A stretch of 64,000 nt of DNA, from assembly GCA_947478865.1 (NCBI GenBank), contig CANJXF010000013.1, positions 1,462 through 65,461 of the forward strand, written 5' to 3'. Numbering within the stretch: the first letter of the stretch is position 1; each line of letters opens with the position of its first letter. Position numbers and translations under genes: made by a program. Source of the stretch: Verrucomicrobiales bacterium. GTDB taxonomy: Bacteria; Verrucomicrobiota; Verrucomicrobiia; Limisphaerales; CANJXF01. The notes beneath the pieces are model-generated. The model did no database searches. It was not told where the DNA came from and saw only the letters and a program-made list of their open reading frames with translations. Below are positions 9,969 through 18,816 of the stretch, in pieces.

Positions 9969-11384
9969 TTAGGCGAGAATACCCTTTACCACATGACCAG
10001 CGACATCGGTCAATCGGTAGTCGCGACTGGTATGCCTATAGGTCAGCCGCTCGTGGTCAAAGCCCAGCAGGTGCAGAATGGTCGCGTGGAAATCATGCAC
10101 GTGGACAGGGTCCTTCGCGACGTTAATTCCGTAATCGTCCGAAGCGCCATATACGGTTCCAGGCTTCACACCGGCCCCAGCCAACCAGGAGGAAAAAACC
10201 CAGTGATGATGCTCGCGACCTTTCGCCTTCTCCGCTTCTACAAACGGCGTGCGGCCAAATTCTGTGGTCCAGACCACAAGGGTATCATCCAATAGGCCGC
10301 GTTGTTTCAGGTCGCGAAGAAGACCGGCGATCGCCTGGTCCACGTTCTTTGCCAAAGGGGTATGGGTAAGCATGTCACCGTGTGCATCCCAGTTATCGGA
10401 CGAGCCGGAATCAATTAACTCCACAAACCGCACACCTTGTTCCACGAGCCGCCTGGCCATCAGACATTGCCAGCCAAAGCCGCTCGTCTGCCCTCGCTTG
10501 AGGCCGTAGAGGTCCAGGGTGGCGTCGCTTTCCTTGGCGAGGTCAAAAACATGCGGCACCTCCATCTGCATGCCGAAGGCGGTTTCAAAGGATTTGACGC
10601 GCGCTTGAAGGAGCGGGTCATCTGAACGGGTGGTGAGATGACGTTGATTCATCCGGGCCATCACACCGAGTTCCATTTCCTGCAACTTTTGGGAGGCGGC
10701 GCGGCGCTGGACATTGGCGATGGGTTCCGCGCCGGGCACGACGAGCGTTCCCTGATGCGCGCCCGGCAGAAAATCGCTTCCCCACACCTGCCCACCTGCA
10801 TAAGGCGATTTCGGCGCTATGACCACGAAGGAAGGCAGGTTGCGATTCACCGTCCCCAGCCCGTAGCTGACCCAAGAACCAATGCTGGGCCGAGCGAAGG
10901 TGAATGAACCCGTATGCATCCCGAGGGTGGCTTCGTAGTGATTGGTGTGATCCGACTTCATCGAGCGAATCACGCAGAGATCATCAGCACAACCAGCCAT
11001 GTGCGGAAAAAGTGAACTGACCTCGATTCCGGATTGGCCATTCCGCGTGAACTCCCACTGCGGTCGTTTGAGGAACATTTTGAAGTCACCTTTGCGGCCT
11101 TGATACTCGTTGACGGAAGTCGTCTTGCCCGCGTCGGCAAAGAGCTTCGGTTTCGGGTCAAAGGAGTCCACGTGCGAAACGCCACCGCTCATGTAGAGAA
11201 AGATGACGCGTTTGGCTTTCGGCGGGAAATGCGATGGCTTAGGAGCCAGGGGATCCATGCTGACCGCAGGCACAGCCTCATCGGCCAGGAGCTGGGTGAG
11301 GAGGTTGGGCAAAAGGATTGAACCGCCCACCATGGAGCGGAGAAATCCGCGCCGGGAATAATCGAATTGGCAGTCAGGTTTCAT
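9969..11384 (-). CDS. DUF1501 domain-containing protein (sulfatase-fold, Tat-type signal)
   Basis: SRRGFLRSMVGGS Tat-like N-terminus. Family-typical C-terminus ERLTYRHTSRDYRLTDVAGHVVKGILA. Starts 11 nt after the stop of the DUF1553 gene. Confidence 0.85.
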   Translation of the reverse strand: MKPDCQFDYSRRGFLRSMVGGSILLPNLLTQLLADEAVPAVSMDPLAPKPSHFPPKAKRVIFLYMSGGVSHVDSFDPKPKLFADAGKTTSVNEYQGRKGDFKMFLKRPQWEFTRNGQSGIEVSSLFPHMAGCADDLCVIRSMKSDHTNHYEATLGMHTGSFTFARPSIGSWVSYGLGTVNRNLPSFVVIAPKSPYAGGQVWGSDFLPGAHQGTLVVPGAEPIANVQRRAASQKLQEMELGVMARMNQRHLTTRSDDPLLQARVKSFETAFGMQMEVPHVFDLAKESDATLDLYGLKRGQTSGFGWQCLMARRLVEQGVRFVELIDSGSSDNWDAHGDMLTHTPLAKNVDQAIAGLLRDLKQRGLLDDTLVVWTTEFGRTPFVEAEKAKGREHHHWVFSSWLAGAGVKPGTVYGASDDYGINVAKDPVHVHDFHATILHLLGFDHERLTYRHTSRDYRLTDVAGHVVKGILA

Positions 11385-11394
11385 AGCGATGATT

Positions 11395-14300
11395 TCAGTC
11401 CATGTGGAGGAATTCGTTGCTGCCGAAGAGCGAGCGGACGTAGGCCGTGAGGGCGGCGGGTTCGGCATTGGTTTGCCCGGCCGCCGTGAGCTCAGCCCGG
11501 TAGGCAGCAAGAAATTCGGTGGCCTCGGAACGCTCCGGTTCAGTAGGCGACCGCCCGGTGGTCAGGCGCCAAGCAAGTTCAACCTGCTGCGCCTCGCCCG
11601 GAAAGGTGGAGCGAAGGCGGCTGGCGCATCTTTCAGCCTTCTCATGGACGAACGATGAATTGAGGAAATAGAGCGCCTGGGTCGGCACGGTGGTCGTGCG
11701 GCGATCCGCAGTGGTGGCGTTTGGATCCGGCCCATCGAACAAGGCAAGGAACGGGTGACGTTTAATACGTTGGGTCATTAAGTAAACGCTGCGCTGGTTG
11801 TGGTCGTAAACGGCGCTGAAGGGGCCGTGCTGGGTATAGCTCGAGGTGACCGGCGAAGGAAACGGATGTCCGCGCCCCGGGCTTGGGTCGAGTTCACCGC
11901 TAATGGCGAGGATGGCGTCCCGGAGTTCCTCGGCGCTGAGGCGGCGACGCGTGAAGAAAGAGTATTCCGTATTCAGTGGTTCACCATTGGATTGGCCCGT
12001 AACCGTTGAAGTCCGATTACTGGCCGCTGAATATTGCCCGGCCTGCTGATAGGTTGCGCTCAACATGATCAACCGATGCATTGCCTTGATGGACCAACCG
12101 CTTTGCATGAATTGGGTTGCCAAGTGGTCTAGTAATTCCGGATGCGTAGGTGCCTGGCCGCGCACGCCAAAATCGTTTGGTGTAGCGACGAGGGCGCGGC
12201 CGAAATGATATTGCCAGAGCCGGTTAACCATGACACGGGCCGTGAGCGGGTTGTCGGCCCGGGTCAGCCAATGCGCAAGCTCAAGCCTGCCACTACCATC
12301 GGTGTTGGCGGGCAACGGTCCGCCACCGAGGGCTTTGATGAAACCGCGCGGGATTTCCTCACCCGGTTGATCTGGTTCGCCCCGCAGTTGCAGACGCGCG
12401 TTCTGGGGTGTCCCGTCCACCACGCCGTAGGTCATTTCACACGGGCCATCGATGAGCAGAGCCGTGAGTTCCTTGGTGTATTTGGCAACCTCATCGCTCA
12501 GCGCCGCAAGCTGCTTTCGCAGTTCCACCACGCGGGCGTGCCGCGATTCGCGTTCAGCCTCTGTCTCCGCCAGCCCAGGCGCAGTCAATGGCGGAAACGC
12601 AGAGTCCCGGAACATAAAATTATCGGTATCCAACGCGGGCCGAACCCCGGGCCGGTGGCCGCGCCCGTCGATGTAGGTATAGTCGATCGTGCCATCCCAG
12701 CCCGCCACGAACGCTCCCTCGAAGGAGGTATTTCCTGCCGGAGTGGCGAGGTTTCCGGTGTAGGTTTTCTCCTTGAGATTGAGGGTGAGCTGGACCTGAT
12801 GCCACTCGCCGGGCCGCAATCGGGCGACGGCATCGTAGGTGGCGCCGGAATGCGTGAAAAACTCGCTGCCGTTGAACTGCAACTCCACCGCAGTCGAACT
12901 GCCACTGCCATGGCCAATGTAAAACCGCCACGAACCTTCCGCACCCGCCTCCGGTTTGTCGCAGCGAAAATCAAACGACACAAACAACAGGTTGGTGCGG
13001 GCCGCTAAAAATGGGACGGCGAACGTCAGCCCAAACCCATCATATTCGCTGCGACTTGGCATGTGCAGGCCAAGCTTTCCAGCGGGGAAAACATTGCGAA
13101 AAGGGCTTTGGGCGGCGGTGCTGACCTTGACCACGCTATTCGGTCCGGGGTTCCACGGCAGGGCTGGAGGCGTTCCGTCTGCTTGCCACTCGATGTCTCC
13201 GTCCAACGCGGTCAACCTCTGCAACTCCGCGTTCATTACTTCCAGATTGGGCTGGCCGGAGGTGGCCGGGAGAGTCGGCGGCGTGGTTGAGACGATCGGG
13301 ATGGGTTCTGACTGAACGCCGAAGTTATCGATTTCGAGGACCGGAAGCACGGTGCCCGCGCGGCCACCGGAGTCCAGTTGCACGTGATTGATCGCGCCCG
13401 ACCATCCAGCTGCGAATGGCTTATTGGAGAAAGTGATTAGGCTGCCCGGCTGGCCGATTCTGCCGGAAAAACTGCGATGCTCCAAATCGAGGTCCAACTG
13501 CAGGTTGTTCCACTCGTGCGGCTTCAACCCGGCGAGCGGCTCGCTTTGCCCTCCGGTGCGGGTAAAGACTCCTTCCGCGGAGATGAGCAATTCGACCGCC
13601 GGCAAACCCTCTTTCGCTCCGATCCAGAATCGATGTGATCCTTTCGCTCCGGCCTCCGGCGTCGCAGGTCGGAAATCGAGATTCACATGCAGCACGTGGC
13701 CGGTTTTCTGCGCGGGTGGCAGAGAGAACGATTGCGCCAGACGATAATCCTTGTCGCCCCCAGCCAGGTTGGCGCCGAATTTCCCGAGCGGATAAAGATT
13801 CTTGAACGGGCTCTGGGCCGCAGTCGTCACGCTGATTTTTCCCTCCCCGAGCCACGGCGGAACGATCACGCCGTAACTTCCACCAGCGGCGTCCTTCTGA
13901 ATTTCAAAGTCACCATCCAGATCATGGAGGGAACGAAAAACCGCCGCGGGCACCGGCTGTTTCTGCCGGGCAATCTTCTCTGAAAGCACCGCCACCTGCT
14001 GGTCATACTCGCGCCACTTCGGCTTTGATTCCCCCGCTGGCAGCAATGGAACCATGGCCCGCAACTTGCCTTTTTGTTCCGAGCCCGGGAAGGCGTAGCG
14101 GGTGCTCGCGAATATACCATAAAGCGCATAGTAATCCCTCATCGAGATCGGGTCGAACTTGTGATCATGGCAACGCGCGCAGCCCAGGCTCAGGCCGAGA
14201 ACGGTTTGCCCCAAGGTGTCGAGGGTATCCTGAATCGTCAGGTGATGATAATTCTCCGAATCAAATCCGAACCGGCGTGAGATTGCGATGAAGCCGGTGG

Positions 14301-15285
14301 CTGTAACCCTCTCGGCGAAGCGTTCGCGCGGACCTTGTTCCGCCAGGAGGTCGCCGGCGATCTGTTCGCGCACAAACTCGTCGTAAGGCTTGTCGGCATT
14401 GAAGGCATCGATCACGTAGTTCCGATAACGCCAAGCCAACCCAACGGGATAATCAGCCGTGTCGCCAGCGGTATCGGCATAGCGAACGATGTCCAGCCAA
14501 TGCCGTCCCCAGCGCTCGCCGTAGTGGGGTGAACTCAGGAGGCGCTCGACCAGCTTGGCGAAAGCGTTCGTCGAACGATCCGCCACGAATGCATCGATCT
14601 CCTCGGGCTTTGGCGGGAGGCCGGTAAGATCGAAAGTGGCCCGCCGGATCAGCGTTCGCTTGTCTGCCAAGGCGGAGGGTTGAAGACCTCGTCCCTCGAC
14701 CTTCGCGAGGATGAACGGATCGATGGAGGTCACCGGCCACGCCGTGTCCTTGACGGCCGGTGGAGCAGGATTCTTGATCGGCTCAAAGGCCCAGGGTCGG
14801 GGCGGGGCAAGCTTGTGACCCGCCGGTGTTTCAGGATAGGGCGCCCCCATCTTGACCCACTGGACCAAGTCGGCGATGACAGGGTCCGAAAGTTTCTTTC
14901 CACCATCCTTGTTCGGAGGCATCCGCAAATCCTTGTCCTCGTAACGCACGGCCTGGATCAACCGGCTCTGGTCCGGCTGCCCCGCAACGACGATGACTCC
15001 ATCCGTTCCGCCTTTGAGAAAATCTTCCTTCGTATCCAGCTTGAGCGTACCCCGGACCTTCTTCGCGTCGGCGCTGTGACAGGGGTAACAGTGCTCGACG
15101 AAAACGGGGCGGATCCGGTTCTCGAAGAACGCAAGCCCCGCCGCGTCGGATTGGGCCTGGGCCGCAGGACTCGAAATCGACCAGGCAACGAGCGCTACCG
15201 CGAGAGATAAGGCCTCGAAACGAGCAGCCGTGACCCGGCAAAGGGTCACTCGCAAGGCAAGGCAGCTTGAGTTGGCTTTACGCAT
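11395..15285 (-). CDS. PSCyt1/DUF1549/DUF1553 (PSD1) domain protein with two inserted LamG-like modules
   Basis: CYPCHS heme-type motif within FFENRIRPVFVEHCYPCHSADAKK (PSCyt1). RRATFDLTGLPP (DUF1549). CARCHDHKFDPISMRDYYALYGIF (DUF1553). 1296 aa. Confidence 0.85.
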   Translation of the reverse strand: MRKANSSCLALRVTLCRVTAARFEALSLAVALVAWSISSPAAQAQSDAAGLAFFENRIRPVFVEHCYPCHSADAKKVRGTLKLDTKEDFLKGGTDGVIVVAGQPDQSRLIQAVRYEDKDLRMPPNKDGGKKLSDPVIADLVQWVKMGAPYPETPAGHKLAPPRPWAFEPIKNPAPPAVKDTAWPVTSIDPFILAKVEGRGLQPSALADKRTLIRRATFDLTGLPPKPEEIDAFVADRSTNAFAKLVERLLSSPHYGERWGRHWLDIVRYADTAGDTADYPVGLAWRYRNYVIDAFNADKPYDEFVREQIAGDLLAEQGPRERFAERVTATGFIAISRRFGFDSENYHHLTIQDTLDTLGQTVLGLSLGCARCHDHKFDPISMRDYYALYGIFASTRYAFPGSEQKGKLRAMVPLLPAGESKPKWREYDQQVAVLSEKIARQKQPVPAAVFRSLHDLDGDFEIQKDAAGGSYGVIVPPWLGEGKISVTTAAQSPFKNLYPLGKFGANLAGGDKDYRLAQSFSLPPAQKTGHVLHVNLDFRPATPEAGAKGSHRFWIGAKEGLPAVELLISAEGVFTRTGGQSEPLAGLKPHEWNNLQLDLDLEHRSFSGRIGQPGSLITFSNKPFAAGWSGAINHVQLDSGGRAGTVLPVLEIDNFGVQSEPIPIVSTTPPTLPATSGQPNLEVMNAELQRLTALDGDIEWQADGTPPALPWNPGPNSVVKVSTAAQSPFRNVFPAGKLGLHMPSRSEYDGFGLTFAVPFLAARTNLLFVSFDFRCDKPEAGAEGSWRFYIGHGSGSSTAVELQFNGSEFFTHSGATYDAVARLRPGEWHQVQLTLNLKEKTYTGNLATPAGNTSFEGAFVAGWDGTIDYTYIDGRGHRPGVRPALDTDNFMFRDSAFPPLTAPGLAETEAERESRHARVVELRKQLAALSDEVAKYTKELTALLIDGPCEMTYGVVDGTPQNARLQLRGEPDQPGEEIPRGFIKALGGGPLPANTDGSGRLELAHWLTRADNPLTARVMVNRLWQYHFGRALVATPNDFGVRGQAPTHPELLDHLATQFMQSGWSIKAMHRLIMLSATYQQAGQYSAASNRTSTVTGQSNGEPLNTEYSFFTRRRLSAEELRDAILAISGELDPSPGRGHPFPSPVTSSYTQHGPFSAVYDHNQRSVYLMTQRIKRHPFLALFDGPDPNATTADRRTTTVPTQALYFLNSSFVHEKAERCASRLRSTFPGEAQQVELAWRLTTGRSPTEPERSEATEFLAAYRAELTAAGQTNAEPAALTAYVRSLFGSNEFLHMD

Positions 15286-15719
15286 ACTGATTGATTACGG
15301 CATAGCGTCGCGAAAACTTTGAGTTTCAACAAGAACACATTCAAGCGTGCACGAACTACGTGGCGCAGTATCAGCATAACCATCATCGGCACCACCAGCC
15401 CTGCACCAATTTATTCCAGCGGAATATAGCGCATCGACGAATCCAAAACTATCACTCCAAGCCGATCGAGCGAACCGCAGCTTTACGACTTGCAGGCGGA
15501 TATCCGCGAAGCCAAAGATGTCCAAAGAAAAACGATGATGTGGTCCGGCGATTATTGCAGGTGCACAAGGATTAAACTGCGGAGCTGATTCCGCCCTTGC
15601 TCGCACAAGCCGGGGCGGCGACGCCACAGGCTGCGGCCATAGCAAAGAGACTCCACGAACCAACCCGGCTGCGGCATTGCCTGTGGGCGGGAAAAATGAA
15701 GACTGACAAAGTGCATGCC

Positions 15720-17288
15720 ATGAAACGATTGATCGATCTTCTATTCCTGGGCCTGGTGGTCATTATCGCCAGCGGTCCGGCGGAAGGCGCACCGCTTAAG
15801 GGCGCGACGAACCTTCGCCCCAACATCCTCTTTATTATTTTTGACGATTGGAGTCGCGCCCACGCCGGTGCATATGGTTGCGCCTGGGTGAGGACGCCCA
15901 ACTTCGACCGTATCGCACGGGAGGGTGTTCTATTCCGAAACGCATTTACCTCCAATCCCAAGTGCAGCCCGTGCCGAGCAAGCATTCTTACGGGGCGCAA
16001 TACGTGGCAGCTCCAGGAGGCTGTTTCGCACTGGAGCATTTTCCCGTCAGGCTTTGAGACGTATCCCGATTTGTTGGAGCGCGCAGGCTACCGCGTTGGA
16101 TTGACGGGGAAGGGCTGGGGACCCGGCGATTTCAAAACCACCGGCCGGACGCGCAATCCCGCAGGACCCAACTTCGATCAACTTACCCAGGGAGTCGTGG
16201 CTTCGGGCATCGCCAAAAACGATTATCCGGGAAACTTTGGCGAATTCCTCAGGCAGCGTGACCCGGAGAAACCATTTTGCTTCTGGATGGGTTTTCAGGA
16301 GCCACACCGCGCCTATGAACCGGGCTCCGGTCTGCGGTTGGGCAAGAAACTTGAAGACGTGAGCGTGCCGGCCTTCCTGCCCGACAACACGCTGGTCCGG
16401 AGCGATCTGCTGGATTACGCCGTGGAAGTCGAGTGGGCCGACCAGCAGATCGGCCGAGCGCTGAAGTTGTTGGAGGACTCCGGGGAATTGGACCGGACCC
16501 TGGTGATTGCCACCTCCGATCATGGCATGCCGTTTCCGTATGTGAAGGGGCAGATCCACGAGGATGCTTTTCGCCTGCCGCTGGCGATGCGCTGGCCAGC
16601 CGTGATCAAGCCGGGCCGGGTGGCGGAGGATTTCGTCAACGTGCGCGACTTCGCGCCAACCTACCTCGAACTCGCCGGCCTCAAGCCGCACCCACAAATG
16701 ACCGGCAAGAGCCTCGTCAAACTTTTGCGTTCCAAGAAATCTGGCTGGATTGAAAACCGCGACGTGATGCTCGCCGGCAAAGAGCGCCTTGATATTGGAA
16801 GGCCGCACGATCAGGGTTACCCGGTGCGCGCCCTGCGCACGAAGGACTTTCTTTACGTCCACAATTTCCACCCGGAGCGCTGGCCGGCGGGCGATCCCGA
16901 GACCAACTTCCCCAATTGCGATGACGGGCCCACCAAGGAGGTGATCAAAACGTTGGGCGGTTACTACTACGATCTCTGTTTTGGCAAGCGGTTCCCGGAC
17001 GAACTGTATGACATCCGGAAAGATCCCGAATGCGTGAACAACCTCGCCAACGACCTGTTCTACGCAACGGAACTCGATAAACTGCGTTCCAAAATGATGA
17101 ACCTCCTCAAGGTGGAGAAGGACCCGCGCGCGCTCGGCACCGCCGAGGTCATCGAAACCTATGAATACCGGGGCAGCCACGCCCAAGGCTACGATGCGTG
17201 GTTAAAGCGACAGGAGCCGAAATTGGAAGAGGCGCTAAAGGCAACTACGCCGGCCGCCGCGCCAGCTCATCCGAACAAGCGGAGGTAA
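15720..17288 (+). CDS. Sulfatase (Cys-type, formylglycine-dependent)
   Basis: Signal peptide MKRLIDLLFLGLVVIIASG. Sulfatase signature CSPCRASILTGR (C-x-P-x-R). ATSDHGMPF. Alternative ATG at 15696. Confidence 0.85.
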   Translation: MKRLIDLLFLGLVVIIASGPAEGAPLKGATNLRPNILFIIFDDWSRAHAGAYGCAWVRTPNFDRIAREGVLFRNAFTSNPKCSPCRASILTGRNTWQLQEAVSHWSIFPSGFETYPDLLERAGYRVGLTGKGWGPGDFKTTGRTRNPAGPNFDQLTQGVVASGIAKNDYPGNFGEFLRQRDPEKPFCFWMGFQEPHRAYEPGSGLRLGKKLEDVSVPAFLPDNTLVRSDLLDYAVEVEWADQQIGRALKLLEDSGELDRTLVIATSDHGMPFPYVKGQIHEDAFRLPLAMRWPAVIKPGRVAEDFVNVRDFAPTYLELAGLKPHPQMTGKSLVKLLRSKKSGWIENRDVMLAGKERLDIGRPHDQGYPVRALRTKDFLYVHNFHPERWPAGDPETNFPNCDDGPTKEVIKTLGGYYYDLCFGKRFPDELYDIRKDPECVNNLANDLFYATELDKLRSKMMNLLKVEKDPRALGTAEVIETYEYRGSHAQGYDAWLKRQEPKLEEALKATTPAAAPAHPNKRR

Positions 17289-17340
17289 ACTTGGAACTCG
17301 TTCCGGGTGGCAGCACCGGCCTGCCCACGGAGGAGGAACC

Positions 17341-18816
17341 TTATTGCAGTTTGAGCGGCATCTGGAGAACGACGCCGTACAAGTCGGCGAGAGTGCGCCC
17401 AGTTCCTTGAGCACGAAGGTTTGGGCCGAATTGAAAGGTTGCCGCCGCATCGAAATTTCGGAGCATCATGCAATAGGTGTTGTTGGCCATGATGCCCAGC
17501 AGGTCGCCATTCTTGCTGAAAACAAAATCACCCCGCGAAGGGTTGAACTTCCCGAAAATTCCTTTCACCACGTTATGATCGAGTTTGATGTAACCGGGCA
17601 TGGCCACATCAATTTCAAATCGGCATTCGCCGTAATAATCTTCCGTCGCGCCGACCAGGACCGCGTCCTGAAATTTAAACGGGATGGGCGACGCGCGGTA
17701 AATTTTTCCACCAAGCCGATGCGCCTCTGCCGCGGTGACAGGCATGAAAAGAATTCGTGGATCCTGCAAGTGAAAGGACAAGGAGTGGATCGGAAGCGAA
17801 TCCACATTTCGCACGATGGTGCCGGTGAGTTTTTCCCATTCGACGCCGGGATTCCAGAACGTGAACGGCGTGTCCTGCACGTGGCACAATGCGAAGGTGT
17901 TCGTGCCATCGGTGACGAGAATACTTTGGATTTCCTTGCGCTTGGTGGATTCCCCCACAAACAAGCCGGCTCGCGTGGCACTGAGGCGCGCCTCAACCCG
18001 GTTGGTAAGAAACTCTTCAAAAATCGTGTTTGGCGTGAGGGGACGGTTGTCGCGAATTTCCTGGGTTAATTCCGTGGAGCGTGCCGCCAAAGTTTTGACC
18101 CCTTCCGCCAACTTGGCTTTCTCCGCGCGCTCGATTATCACCTGCTCCTGCATCCTGACGGCCTGTTCCGCAGCGTGCCGTTTCTCGACCTGGGCAACCT
18201 GAAGTTCGCCGGCCAAGCGCTGGCGTTCGTTGAGGACCATCTGGTTGCTTTGCGAGAGAAGGGCCATTTGTTTCTGAACCGCGGCCGCTTCCTCCGCGCG
18301 CTTCCGCAGTTCAGCCTCCATTTGGGCCAGTTTTTCTTTCGAGATTAACGCGTCTGTGGAACTGTTCTTGAGCTGCTGGCTCAAGGTTTGCAAATTGGTT
18401 TGCGCAGCGGCGAATTGCTTCTGCAAAGCCGTCTGCTGCTGTTGGAGCTGTGCTGATTCCTGTTGGCGCGACTCGATGGTTTGCTGAAAATTTTTCGCCT
18501 GCTGCTCAAATTTTTGCGCTTGGGATTCGAGCGCCTGCTGGAGGTTTTTCGCCTGCTTTTCGCGTTCGCCCGCCGTTTGGCGGGTCGCCGCAAGATCGTT
18601 CATCAACAAATCGCGCTGCTGTTTTTCCTCATCCAAGGCCAAGCGCATTACGGCGGCCAGATCCTTTCCACTCGCGGCGGCGTTATTCGTCGCAAGGGTT
18701 GTCTGCGCCTGCGGCACCGTGCCTTCCTCGGCGATTTTGTTGATGTCCACCGTCGAAAACGCCAGCAGGCTGACCAACAAGAAATCGCAAATAAGAATCA
18801 GAATGCTGCGATTCAT
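17341..18816 (-). CDS. Single-pass membrane protein: ExbD/TolR-like TM helix with Asp, long Gln-rich coiled coil, C-terminal chymotrypsin-fold-like domain lacking Ser
   Basis: N-terminus MNRSILILICDFLLVSLLAF. About aa 55-265 are Q/A/K/E heptad-like. C-terminal ALCHV ... FNPSRGDFVFSKNGDLLGIMAN. Start overlaps the upstream stop (ATGA). Confidence 0.5.
   Translation of the reverse strand: MNRSILILICDFLLVSLLAFSTVDINKIAEEGTVPQAQTTLATNNAAASGKDLAAVMRLALDEEKQQRDLLMNDLAATRQTAGEREKQAKNLQQALESQAQKFEQQAKNFQQTIESRQQESAQLQQQQTALQKQFAAAQTNLQTLSQQLKNSSTDALISKEKLAQMEAELRKRAEEAAAVQKQMALLSQSNQMVLNERQRLAGELQVAQVEKRHAAEQAVRMQEQVIIERAEKAKLAEGVKTLAARSTELTQEIRDNRPLTPNTIFEEFLTNRVEARLSATRAGLFVGESTKRKEIQSILVTDGTNTFALCHVQDTPFTFWNPGVEWEKLTGTIVRNVDSLPIHSLSFHLQDPRILFMPVTAAEAHRLGGKIYRASPIPFKFQDAVLVGATEDYYGECRFEIDVAMPGYIKLDHNVVKGIFGKFNPSRGDFVFSKNGDLLGIMANNTYCMMLRNFDAAATFQFGPNLRAQGTGRTLADLYGVVLQMPLKLQ

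Noticed and set aside
18380-18620. Short nucleotide repeats (e.g. ttttcgcctgct...) inside the coiled-coil gene that might look like a tandem repeat array.
   Set aside because: They reflect repeated AKNFQQ/AKNLQQ-type heptad codons within a continuous ORF. There is no regular repeat-spacer periodicity.
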